Source: an uncultured Pseudomonadota bacterium
GTDB taxonomy: Bacteria > Pseudomonadota > Alphaproteobacteria > RF32 > CAG-239
Direction of reading: 5' to 3'
Assembly: GCA_902763905.1 (NCBI GenBank)
Contig: CACWUA010000009.1
Location: forward strand, 808-64,807
DNA: 64,000 nt
The position numbers and the translations under genes are program-made. Under the pieces are notes generated by a model. The model did no database searches, was not told where the DNA came from, and saw only the letters and a program-made list of their open reading frames with translations. Shown piece by piece: positions 8,272 to 18,300 of this stretch (the stretch's first letter is position 1; each line of letters opens with the position of its first letter).

Positions 8272-9780
8272 ATGGCAGGAAAAAATAACGCCAATATCGG
8301 TTTTGAAAAGCAAATTTGGGATGCGGCTTGTGAACTTTGGGGACATATTCCGGCGGCGGATTACCGTAAAGTTATCATCGGTCTTATCTTTTTGCGTTAC
8401 ATCTCATTTGCGTTTGAAAAGCGTTATAATCAACTGGTGGCGGAAGGCGATGGTTTTGAGGACGAGAAAGATGCCTACACAATGGAAGGTATATTTTATG
8501 TGCCGGAAGCCGCACGTTGGAGCAAAATTGCTGAAGCCGCTCATACACCGGAAATCGGTATGGTTATAGATGAAGCTATGCGGGCAATAGAAGCCGAAAA
8601 CAAAACGCTCAAAAACGTTCTGCCTAAAAATTATGCCAACCAAGACCTTGATAAACGTGTTTTGGGAAATGTAGTTGACCTGTTTACCAATAATATTGAT
8701 ATGTCGGAAACAGATGAGGATAAAGACCTGCTAGGGCGCACTTATGAATACTGTATCGCCCAGTTTGCCGCATACGAAGGCACCAAAGGCGGTGAATTTT
8801 ACACGCCGTCAAGCATTGTTAAAACCATTGTGGAAGTATTGAAACCGTTTGATAACTGCCGCGTTTATGACCCTTGCTGTGGTTCCGGCGGAATGTTTGT
8901 TCAGTCAGTTAAATTTTTGCAGGCACATGGCGGTAATCGGGATAAAATCTCGGTCTATGGACAAGAATCTAATGCCGATACTTGGAAAATGGCTAAGATG
9001 AATATGGCCATTCGCGGAATTGATGCTGATTTTGGGCCTTATCAAGCCGATACATTTTTTAATGACCTGCACCCGCACGAAAAGTTTGATTTTATTATGG
9101 CAAATCCTCCGTTTAACTTATCCAACTGGGGACAAGACAAGCTCCTTGATGATGCGCGTTGGAAATATGGTACGCCGCCGGCCGGTAATGCCAACTATGC
9201 GTGGATTCAGCACATGATACACCACCTCGCACCGAATGGAAAAATCGGTTTAGTGTTAGCGAACGGTGCGCTTTCTACTCAAACCAGTGGTGAAGGTGAA
9301 ATCCGCAAAAATATCATTGAAGCCGATTTGGTTGAGGGAATTATCGCTCTGCCGCCGCAACTATTTTATAGCGTAACAATTCCGGTAACATTGTGGTTTA
9401 TCAGCAAAAATAAACAACAAAAAGGACGCACTGTATTTATAGATGCGCGTAAAATGGGTTATATGGTCGACCGTAAGCACAGAGATTTTACTGACGAAGA
9501 TATTAAAAAATTGGCGGATACTTTTACGGCATTTCAAAATGGCAAGTTGGAAAATGTCAAAGGTTTTTGTGCGGTGGCAACAACGGCAGAAATTGCGGCA
9601 CAGGATTATATTTTAACCCCTGGACGTTATGTCGGTATTGAGGAGCAGGAAGATGACGGCGAGCCGTTTGAAGAGAAAATGAAACGCCTGACCGGCGAAC
9701 TTTCCGAGATGTTTAAGCAGTCCGACACTCTCCAAAACGAAATCCGCGAAAAACTAAAAGCCATCGGCTGGGAGATTTAG
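8272..9780 (+). CDS. hsdM: Type I RM DNA methyltransferase subunit HsdM
   Basis: 502 aa. N-terminal HsdM domain (EKQIWDAACELWGHIPAADYRKVIIGLIFLRY). AdoMet motif DPCCGSGGMF. Catalytic NPPF. Confidence 0.95.
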   Translation: MAGKNNANIGFEKQIWDAACELWGHIPAADYRKVIIGLIFLRYISFAFEKRYNQLVAEGDGFEDEKDAYTMEGIFYVPEAARWSKIAEAAHTPEIGMVIDEAMRAIEAENKTLKNVLPKNYANQDLDKRVLGNVVDLFTNNIDMSETDEDKDLLGRTYEYCIAQFAAYEGTKGGEFYTPSSIVKTIVEVLKPFDNCRVYDPCCGSGGMFVQSVKFLQAHGGNRDKISVYGQESNADTWKMAKMNMAIRGIDADFGPYQADTFFNDLHPHEKFDFIMANPPFNLSNWGQDKLLDDARWKYGTPPAGNANYAWIQHMIHHLAPNGKIGLVLANGALSTQTSGEGEIRKNIIEADLVEGIIALPPQLFYSVTIPVTLWFISKNKQQKGRTVFIDARKMGYMVDRKHRDFTDEDIKKLADTFTAFQNGKLENVKGFCAVATTAEIAAQDYILTPGRYVGIEEQEDDGEPFEEKMKRLTGELSEMFKQSDTLQNEIREKLKAIGWEI

Positions 9781-9783
9781 TTT

Positions 9784-10770
9784 ATGGTAGAACAACAGAA
9801 AAACATTGCGATTTATCAATCAGCAGACGGAAAAATGCAGATAGATGTTCATCTGCAAGAACAGACTATTTGGCTTTCTCTTGATCAAATTTCATCTTTA
9901 TTTCAAAAGGATAAATCAACAATATCTCGCCATATTAAGAATGTTTTTTTATCAGAAGAATTAGATAAAGAATCAGTTGTTGCAAATTTTGCAACAACTG
10001 CCAAAGATGGCAAAACCTATCAAGTTGATTACTATAATTTAGATATGATAATTTCGGTTGGTTATCGTGTAAATTCAAAAATTGCCACTCAATTTCGCAA
10101 ATGGGCAACTTTCGTCTTAAAACAATACCTTGTGGATGGATACGCTGTCAATGAAAAACGGCTACAGGAGCAAAAATCCAAAGTTGCTCAATTACAAAAT
10201 GCAATCAAACTCTTAAATCGGAGCATAGAGCATCAGGCAGATAATCTAGATGATGCTAAAAAATTAAGTGCCTTAATGGCAGATTTTGCTTCAGGTCTTG
10301 GTTTACTAGATGATTATGATAACAAAACTCTTGATACTAAAGGGAAAACAATCAAACCCGCGGTGGTTATTAAAAAAGAAGAATTTTTGAACGTTATTGA
10401 TAAAATGAAGCCGGAGTTTGGCTCAGACGTTTTTGCAAACCCCAAAGATGAGAGTTTTGATAGCTCAATTAATCAGATTTATCAGACATTCGGAGGACAA
10501 GAATGTTACCCTTCGTTAGAAGAAAAAGCGGCAATGTTGCTCTATTTTCTGGTAAAAAATCACAGCTTTACAGATGGCAACAAACGGATTGGCGCGGCTT
10601 GTTTCCTGTATTTTCTGGATAAAAACGGAATTTTATATCAAAATAATGTACAGATTATTGATAATGCGGCTTTGTTTGCACTCACTGTTTTAATCGCTGA
10701 AAGTAAGCCGGAAGAAAAAGAAATGATGAAACAGGTTATTATCAGCGTATTGAATAAGGAGGAGATTTAA
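9784..10770 (+). CDS. RhuM-like N-terminal domain fused to a Fic/Doc-family domain
   Basis: N-terminus TYQVDYYNLDMIISVGYRVNSKIATQFRKWAT (RhuM-type). C-terminal Doc-type Fic motif HSFTDGNKRIGAA. Confidence 0.8.
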   Translation: MVEQQKNIAIYQSADGKMQIDVHLQEQTIWLSLDQISSLFQKDKSTISRHIKNVFLSEELDKESVVANFATTAKDGKTYQVDYYNLDMIISVGYRVNSKIATQFRKWATFVLKQYLVDGYAVNEKRLQEQKSKVAQLQNAIKLLNRSIEHQADNLDDAKKLSALMADFASGLGLLDDYDNKTLDTKGKTIKPAVVIKKEEFLNVIDKMKPEFGSDVFANPKDESFDSSINQIYQTFGGQECYPSLEEKAAMLLYFLVKNHSFTDGNKRIGAACFLYFLDKNGILYQNNVQIIDNAALFALTVLIAESKPEEKEMMKQVIISVLNKEEI

Positions 10771-11598
10771 ATGCTATATGTTAGGAATTTCTTAAGATGG
10801 TGTTTCCTTACTGTAGTAGTTGGACTATCCTTGTCTTTACTCGGAGCTCACATTTATTACAAACATTTCCAAGCGCCAGAGTTATCATTTATACGTAGAA
10901 CATATGCTATATTCTCTGATGTAAATACTCATAATGCCCATATAGCTCTGTTTATAAATGAAAAACAAGTTAAAAATCTGTATATGACTACTATAAAGAT
11001 AGAAAATACTGGTGGTGTTGTATTAGAGCGTGGAAACTTTTCCGCAGAAATGAATCCATTACGAATAATCGGAGAAAATATAGAATCTGTTTTTATTGAT
11101 GAAAATAATTCTAATTTTAATTCTACAACACAAATTGTGAAAAAAGACGGAGAATTTTTGATTAATTTTAACTGGTTGAATCCTGGGGATTATATAACAA
11201 TAAATGTCTTCCACGAAAACAAAAATTCAAAAATAAATCTAATAGGTAGTTTTGAAAAAATAGGAACTTTAAAAGAAATCTTTATAAAAGATTTAATAGT
11301 GAAGCGTAATTTGCCCCGTGCAATTATTATCACAATCATTGTAATGGTAGGAACGTTATTAATCGTTGGATCAGTTTTTGTTATCTCTAACAAACTATCT
11401 TATGGTGCATTTTTGCTTTCGTTTAAGCAGCAAATAGCATGTGCATATGCAACAGTTCTTTATGAAAATGACAAGAAAAAAAGAACAAAAATCCTCAAAA
11501 AAATTATAAATACAAAAGAAGATAAGAAGCTTCAACAAATAGTAAATGAATGCTATAAGGATACATATAACAAAGAGAAGCCAAATAGGAGAAAATAG
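10771..11598 (+). CDS. Hypothetical two-TM membrane protein (gene B of the RM-embedded cassette)
   Basis: AAGGAGG RBS. The start abuts the Doc-like stop. Hydrophobic helices FLTVVVGLSLSLLGAHIYY and AIIITIIVMVGTLLIVGSVFVI flank a beta-rich segment. K-rich tail. Confidence 0.65.
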   Translation: MLYVRNFLRWCFLTVVVGLSLSLLGAHIYYKHFQAPELSFIRRTYAIFSDVNTHNAHIALFINEKQVKNLYMTTIKIENTGGVVLERGNFSAEMNPLRIIGENIESVFIDENNSNFNSTTQIVKKDGEFLINFNWLNPGDYITINVFHENKNSKINLIGSFEKIGTLKEIFIKDLIVKRNLPRAIIITIIVMVGTLLIVGSVFVISNKLSYGAFLLSFKQQIACAYATVLYENDKKKRTKILKKIINTKEDKKLQQIVNECYKDTYNKEKPNRRK

Positions 11599-11600
11599 AA

Positions 11601-11951
11601 ATGGAAAATAGTATTACATTGAATTCATTTACTGCCGGAGCGGTTGCCGGTATGGTTATTGCGGAGCTTCGTGGCTTCAATAACTATTTAATGAACAATT
11701 TTGATATGCGGCAGGAACGGTATCAAACAGCCATAAAAATATCTGAAAGCATAATCTCTATGCTATCACAGCAACCTTTTGAAAATCGCTCAAAAGAGGA
11801 AATGAAATTTTTGATAGACGTTTATAAAGAGGCTAGAATTCATCGAGATCCTTACGATAAAGACAGATTAGAAAACATCGCATCTTTAATGAAAGCAACA
11901 CTTGATTGGCTGGATGAGCAAAAACAATCGCAGGAGCAACAGCATGACTAG
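11601..11951 (+). CDS. Hypothetical small, mostly helical protein (gene C)
   Basis: 116 aa. AGGAG RBS. The start is 2 nt after the stop of gene B. Confidence 0.55.
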   Translation: MENSITLNSFTAGAVAGMVIAELRGFNNYLMNNFDMRQERYQTAIKISESIISMLSQQPFENRSKEEMKFLIDVYKEARIHRDPYDKDRLENIASLMKATLDWLDEQKQSQEQQHD

Positions 11952-12008
11952 CTGGCAGGAAATTAAATCAGAAGAATTTATTTTTTATAACTGTATGTAA
12001 TAAAGAAA

Positions 12009-12806
12009 GTGACTAAAATGACTGAAAATCAATATGATATTTTTTTATATTTTAAGGAATACATAGATTTATTCTTAAAGACAGTTATTCCGTATCTAGC
12101 TGAACAGACTGTTTCTCTATTAAAAAGTTGGTCATTTATTATTTTATTGGTGTTTTTATGCCTAAAGAAACCCATTATTGATCTTATTAATAAAATTTAT
12201 GAAATTCATTTTTCCAAAGGAAAAATATTTATTCAAAAGCAAGTTGAACAAGAAAAATCAGGGCTGGATACAAATCTTTTAACTACAAATAACGGTATCC
12301 CCCAGACCATCAACACAGGAAATACAGAATTATCACCCAAACTAAACAAAAATAAAAAAGGAATACATTTACCTGCCCTTCCAGATGACAATGTTTTTAA
12401 GGGCGTTTTCAATGATCAAGAAAAAATTATTAAAACAGAACTAACTAAGACTCCTTTCATTAAAGAAGAAGTGCTGATTCGTGAATTAGCTTCTTATCAA
12501 ATTGCATTAGATTATGAGCGAATTTTTAAGGATATGTTTAAGAGTCAAATTGATGCTCTAGAATACATAAATTCAAACGAACAAGGCGTCACAAAAAATG
12601 ATTTATTAAAATTTTATGATAAAGCCAAACAACAATACCCTGTTGCTTATCAAGATTTTTCTTTTGAAAATTGGTTTGCTTTCTTTGATATTCATAATTT
12701 CATCGAGCAAAAAGATAATAAACTTTATCCAACAGAGAAGTCTCAAGCATTCACATATTATATCATCGTTCAAAGACGGTATAATATTTTGTATAAAGGT
12801 CTATAA
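12009..12806 (+). CDS. Hypothetical membrane-anchored protein (gene D)
   Basis: 265 aa (GTG start; an alternative ATG lies at 12018). One hydrophobic helix SWSFIILLVFLCL. Helical C-terminal domain. The stop is 2 nt before the hsdS ATG. Confidence 0.6.
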   Translation: MTKMTENQYDIFLYFKEYIDLFLKTVIPYLAEQTVSLLKSWSFIILLVFLCLKKPIIDLINKIYEIHFSKGKIFIQKQVEQEKSGLDTNLLTTNNGIPQTINTGNTELSPKLNKNKKGIHLPALPDDNVFKGVFNDQEKIIKTELTKTPFIKEEVLIRELASYQIALDYERIFKDMFKSQIDALEYINSNEQGVTKNDLLKFYDKAKQQYPVAYQDFSFENWFAFFDIHNFIEQKDNKLYPTEKSQAFTYYIIVQRRYNILYKGL

Positions 12807-12808
12807 AT

Positions 12809-14062
12809 ATGACTAAATGGCGGGAAGTTAAATTAGGAGATATTTGTCTCATTATCGATGGGGATAGAGGTAAAAATTACCCAAGAGAAAATGAATTTTC
12901 AAGAGATGGATATTGTTTATTTTTAAATACAAAAAATGTTCCTAATATCAAATTTGATTTTTCAGAATGTGTTTTCATATCAAAAGATAAAGATGCACTT
13001 TTACGTAAAGGAAAACTGAAATTTGAGGATATTGTTGTAACAACTCGTGGTACATTAGCTAATTTTGCTTATTACACAAGAGAGTGTATATACAGTAATA
13101 TTAGGATAAATTCAGGTATGGTTATCCTACGAAATGAAAATCAAAATTTATATACTCCTTATTTGTATCATTTTTTGATGTCGAAAAATTTTAAACAGCA
13201 AGTAAGCTCTTTTGCAACAGGCTCTGCACAACCACAACTACCAATTAAGGATATGAAGAACATTTTGATATCATTACCACCTTTTGAGGTTCAGAAGAAG
13301 ATTGCGGGGGTGTTGGGTGCGCTGGATGATAAAATTGAGCTGAATAATAAGATAAATAATAATTTAGAACAACAGGCTCAGGCTCTTTATGTAAATAATA
13401 TAGAACTGTATAAGGAAAGAAATATCAAAGTTGAAGATATTGTAATAACTGCTAACACCGGTGCGGACGCTATACAAAAGGCTCCTATAGTTGATTACGA
13501 TACAGGAGTAAAGTGTGTAAGAGTTGGCGACATGTCAAATAAACGGAGCTATTCTGATTGGGGATATGCTAAAGTAACTGATGACGTATTTTCTCAGTAT
13601 CAATTAAAAAAAGATGATATAATTGTTACTAGAACTGCATCATTAGGACTAAACACAATCATTTCTAAAAATTTAGATGCAGTTTATAATAATGGTCTTA
13701 TCCGGCTAACCATAAATAAAGACGTAATAGTTCCTTTGCTTGTATATAGACAATTTCAGACGGATGATTTTAAGAATTACATATCAAAAATAGAAGGAGA
13801 AACATCCGTGCGACCTAATATGAAAATAAACTATTTATTGCAATATTCTTTTGCCGTAATGAATAAAGAAAAACAAAAGGAACTTATTAAAGTGCTTGAA
13901 CCTCTGTGGAATAAACAAGAACAATTAATAGAAGAAAACGCCAGACTGGCGGCGATACGGGATACGTTGTTGCCGAAACTCATGAGTGGCGAAATTGATG
14001 TTTCAAACGTGGATATTTCGGCTCTCACTTCCACCGATAAATTATCATTTAGTGGGGAGTAA
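12809..14062 (+). CDS. hsdS: Type I RM specificity subunit HsdS (full length: TRD1, central conserved region, TRD2, C-terminal conserved region)
   Basis: 417 aa. Central FEVQKKIAGVLGALDDKIELNNKINNNLEQQAQALY and C-terminal RLAAIRDTLLPKLMSGEIDVSN conserved helices. Confidence 0.9.
   Translation: MTKWREVKLGDICLIIDGDRGKNYPRENEFSRDGYCLFLNTKNVPNIKFDFSECVFISKDKDALLRKGKLKFEDIVVTTRGTLANFAYYTRECIYSNIRINSGMVILRNENQNLYTPYLYHFLMSKNFKQQVSSFATGSAQPQLPIKDMKNILISLPPFEVQKKIAGVLGALDDKIELNNKINNNLEQQAQALYVNNIELYKERNIKVEDIVITANTGADAIQKAPIVDYDTGVKCVRVGDMSNKRSYSDWGYAKVTDDVFSQYQLKKDDIIVTRTASLGLNTIISKNLDAVYNNGLIRLTINKDVIVPLLVYRQFQTDDFKNYISKIEGETSVRPNMKINYLLQYSFAVMNKEKQKELIKVLEPLWNKQEQLIEENARLAAIRDTLLPKLMSGEIDVSNVDISALTSTDKLSFSGE
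13351..13386 (+). repeat. Inverted repeat IR-M (right copy) inside the hsdS central conserved region
   Basis: See 7106-7141. Confidence 0.9.
13988..14052 (+). repeat. Inverted repeat IR-C (right copy) inside the hsdS C-terminal conserved region
   Basis: See 6452-6516. Confidence 0.9.
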
Positions 14063-14065
14063 AAC

Positions 14066-14539
14066 ATGGATTGGGCAAGTTGGATTAATGTAGCTTTATC
14101 GGGAGCAATGTTATGGTTAACCATTGCCATACTCAAGCTTAATAAAACTATGACTAAAATAGCAGAAGATGATAAACTAGAAAAAACTGGTCATGATTTA
14201 TCAATAACATTACCAACATTGTATCTTGGCAAAAATGAAAATACAGGAGTTTTAAATAATTTTTGCATTATAAATCATAAAAATAAAATGGAAGCCATTT
14301 ATCGTATATATGCTAAAGAACAAGGAAATGATAAAGAACTTGGTTTTTGGATTGCTGATAAAGAACCGATTATGATTTCCCCTTATAGTTGTTCTTATGT
14401 AACTAAGAATGTTACTCCGTCCCTAAAAATGTTTGATATAGATAAAATAGAGTTATATGCTATAACTAATGATTGTACTGTCAAACTTAATAAAAACATT
14501 GATTGCTTTAATAAACCTATGGAAGCGAAAAAAGAGTAA
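14066..14539 (+). CDS. Hypothetical single-TM protein (gene E)
   Basis: 157 aa. GGGGAG RBS. The start is 3 nt after the hsdS stop. N-terminal helix INVALSGAMLWLTIAIL followed by a beta-rich domain. Confidence 0.6.
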   Translation: MDWASWINVALSGAMLWLTIAILKLNKTMTKIAEDDKLEKTGHDLSITLPTLYLGKNENTGVLNNFCIINHKNKMEAIYRIYAKEQGNDKELGFWIADKEPIMISPYSCSYVTKNVTPSLKMFDIDKIELYAITNDCTVKLNKNIDCFNKPMEAKKE

Positions 14540-14630
14540 TATTTATGCGTAGCAAAATTGATGTTGACAAGGTAAAGATATAAGAATTAAAAATATAAGT
14601 AACATTTAATATAAGCAAAGAGAGGAAAAG

Positions 14631-15374
14631 ATGTTTTTGAATGATACTATATTACCTATGTTGGCTGTCATAGTTACAGGATATATATCTATGATTTATA
14701 CGTTACTGATATTTTTAAGAAAAGGAAGAGAACGAAAAAAAATAATAGATAAGTATTTAGACTCTGTTAAACATCTTAATAGAGATGATGCTTTAGCCTT
14801 TTTAGAAAAAATAGATAATAGATACTATAGTAAAACATCATCACAAAAAAAGCTAGAAGATATTACAGCAAAAAGTATATATGAAAATTACAGATTAGCT
14901 TCAGAAAAAGAAGCTATTCAGTGTAATTTTTTTAGGACCTTATTAATTTCTACAATTGTCATTTTTACAATCTTAATTATGACATTGCAGTCTGTATTTT
15001 TCATAAATGATATAACTGTTTTGGCTTTGGCAAATAGAACTCTTATAGTGCTTCCATTTTTAGTTTTAATCTTATTTGCGGCAAGAGAGGCTTCTAGACA
15101 TAGAAAATCTTTTATTATTAATAGGCAAAAATTTTTAGACTTAAATACAATTGACGAATATATTAAGGGATTTTCTGAAAAAGATAAAATAGCAGTAAAA
15201 AAAGATTTGTGCAGACATTTTTTTAATCATAAAGAATTTGATTATAAATGTAGAGAGGAATTACTATCTAGAAATCTTGTAAATGTTATAGAGAAGATAA
15301 ATGCTAATAGCAATGATGCCATGGAAAAAATATTAAAAACGATTAATCAAACATCTTCGAACAAAGGAGCATAA
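14631..15374 (+). CDS. Hypothetical multi-TM protein (gene F)
   Basis: 247 aa. AGAGAGG RBS. Helices ILPMLAVIVTGYISMIYTLLIFL, LLISTIVIFTILIMTLQSVFFI and LIVLPFLVLILFAA. The stop is 3 nt before the hsdR ATG. Confidence 0.6.
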   Translation: MFLNDTILPMLAVIVTGYISMIYTLLIFLRKGRERKKIIDKYLDSVKHLNRDDALAFLEKIDNRYYSKTSSQKKLEDITAKSIYENYRLASEKEAIQCNFFRTLLISTIVIFTILIMTLQSVFFINDITVLALANRTLIVLPFLVLILFAAREASRHRKSFIINRQKFLDLNTIDEYIKGFSEKDKIAVKKDLCRHFFNHKEFDYKCREELLSRNLVNVIEKINANSNDAMEKILKTINQTSSNKGA

Positions 15375-15377
15375 CTC

Positions 15378-18300
15378 ATGACATACACAAATCCGGTGAA
15401 TGAAGAAGCGTATGAAAACTCGATTATAGAGCTGTTTCAAGAACTCGGCTATACGCATGTTTATGGGCCGGATGTGGAAGATAGAGATTTTACTTCGCCG
15501 CTTTATGAGCCGGTGCTGATAAATGCTCTCCACCAAATCAATCCGAAATTGCCGGAGGAAGCGATAAATGAGGCTCTGTTTAAGCTCAAAAACTTTGAAA
15601 ATGCCGAACTGACGCAGAAAAACGCGTTGTTTATGGATTATTTGCAAAACGGCATCACTGTCCATTATACCGAAAAAGGCGAACCTCGCGATACACTGGT
15701 TTATTTGATTGATTATGAAAAGCCGGACAATAATTCATTTATTGTTGCCAACCAATGGACATTTGTTGAAAATAGTGAAAAACGTCCGGACGTATTGTTA
15801 TTTATTAACGGTTTGCCACTGGTATTGATGGAACTGAAATCGCCTTCACGCGAAGAAACTGATGCCTCCGAAGCATATCGCCAAATTCAGAATTACAAGC
15901 ATGAAATACCATCAATGTTTGTTTATAATGCTATTTGCGTTATGAGTGATTTGGCGGTATCTAAAGCCGGAACGATAACATCTGACGAAACTCGCTTTAT
16001 GGAGTGGAAGACGGTTGACGGTTCTTATGAAAATACCAAATATGCCCAGTTCGATACATTTTTTAACGGTATTTTTGAAAAGTCGCGCCTGCTTGATATT
16101 TTGAAAAACTTTATTTGCTTTTCTAACGAAAACAAAGGAGCAGCAAAGATTTTAGCTGGCTACCACCAATATTTCGCGGTTAAAAAAGCGATTGAATCAA
16201 CCAAACACGCGACACAAACTGACGGTAAAGGCGGTGTATTCTGGCATACACAAGGGAGCGGAAAGTCGCTTTCTATGGTGTTTTACGCGCATTTGTTACA
16301 AAGTGCATTAAACAGCCCGACAATAGTTGTCATTACTGACCGTAACGATTTGGATGACCAACTGTATACGCAGTTTTCTAAATGTAAAGACTTTCTGCGC
16401 CAAGAACCGGTGCAGGCTACCAGTCGCGCTCATTTGAAACAGCTTTTGGATGGTATCAAAGCCAACGGTATTTTCTTTACCACAATGCAGAAATTTGAGG
16501 AATCACCGGAACCGTTGTCAGAGCGTCGTAATATTATCGTAATGGCGGATGAGGCACACCGCGGGCAGTATGGCTTAAGCGAAAAGATAGATAAAGACGG
16601 AAATATCAAAGTCGGTACAGCGCGAATTATTCGTAATTCTCTGCCAAACGCAACATATATTGGTTTTACCGGAACGCCGCTTTCTCTTGATGACCGCAAC
16701 ACGCGAGAGGTATTTGGCGATTATATCGATATTTATGATATGACACAAGCGGTGGAAGATGGTGCAACACGTCCGGTTTATTATGAAAGCCGCGTGATAA
16801 AACTTCACTTAAAGCCGGAGATTTTGCAACTGATTGATGCTGAATATGATTTAATGGCGCAAAATGCCGATCCGGAAGTTATTGAAAAAAGCAAAAAACA
16901 GCTTGGGCAGATGGAAACTATTTTGAGCGATGACGACACAATCAATTCGCTTGTCTGCGATATTTTGGATCACTACGAGAACTATCGCGAGAATTTATTG
17001 ACAGGTAAAGCCATGATTGTGGCTTATTCTCGACCAATTGCTCTAAAAATTTATCATCGGATTTTGGAGCTTCGTCCGGCATGGAAGAATAAAGTTGCGG
17101 TGGTTATGACTTCGGATAATAAAGATCCGGAAGATTGGCGTGCCATTATCGGTAATAAATCGCATAAAGAGGAATTGGCTCGTAAATTTAAGGACAATTC
17201 GGATCCTTTGAAAATTGCAATTGTCGTTGATATGTGGTTGACCGGCTTTGATGTGCCGTCACTTTCTACAATGTATGTTTATAAGCCGATGGAAGGTCAT
17301 AATCTGATGCAGGCGATTGCTCGTGTTAATCGTGTGTTTGAAGATAAAGAAGGCGGCTTAGTGGTCGATTATATTGGCATTGCAAGTGCTTTGAAAAAGG
17401 CTATGAATGACTATACCATCCGCGATAGAAAGAACTACGGCAACATGGACATTGCCACCACCGCATTTAACAAATTTAAGGAAAAATTGCAGGTCTGCCG
17501 CGATTTGTTGCATGGTTTTGATTATAGCGAATTTGCGACCGGAACGAATTTAGTCAGAGCTAAGTTAATCAGCGGTGCGGCAAACTTTATTATCGATAGA
17601 GAGAAAAATAAAGAAAAGGATGCCTTTATTAAGCAAGCTCTCATGTTGCATCAAGCACTGTCGCTTTGCTCATCCATTGTTGAAGAAGGATTGCGTATTG
17701 AGGCGGCATTTATTGAAGCTGTTAGGATTATGATTTTGCGCTTTACCGAAAGCGGTGGTCACAAGAAAATATCATTACCGGAAATGAATAAGCGTATCAA
17801 TGAATTGCTGGAAAAAAGCATAAAGAGCGATGGTGTTATCAATCTGTTTTCGGATATAAAAGAAGAATTCTCTCTGTTTGATCCGAAATTTTTGGAAGAA
17901 ATATCCAAGATGAAAGAGAAAAATTTGGCGGTGGAATTGTTGAAAAAGTTAATAGCAGAGCAAATTTCAATCTATCGCCACACAAATGTTGTTCGCTCCG
18001 AAAAATTCAGCGAAATGATACAAGAAGCAATGAATCGTTATCTTAACGGTATGCTGACAAACGAACAAGTTATTGAAGAATTGCTTAATTTGGCAAAACA
18101 AATCGCGTCAGCACAAAAAGAAGGTGAAGATTTAGGACTTAATGCAGAGGAAGCCGCATTTTATGATGCATTAACCAAACCAGAAGCTGTCAAAGATTTT
18201 TATGAAAATGACGAATTAATTGCTATAACAAAAGAACTTACAGAAACTTTACGCAAAAACAAAACAATTGACTTTCAAAAACGCGAACCAGCACGAGCTA

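Noticed and set aside
10771-15374. Assigning the RM-embedded genes to a named system (PrrC, RloC, SLATT, Abi families)
   Set aside because: There is no ATPase P-loop, anticodon-nuclease motif or other diagnostic signature. The resemblance of gene F to 2TM effector modules is only architectural, so the genes are reported as uncharacterised.
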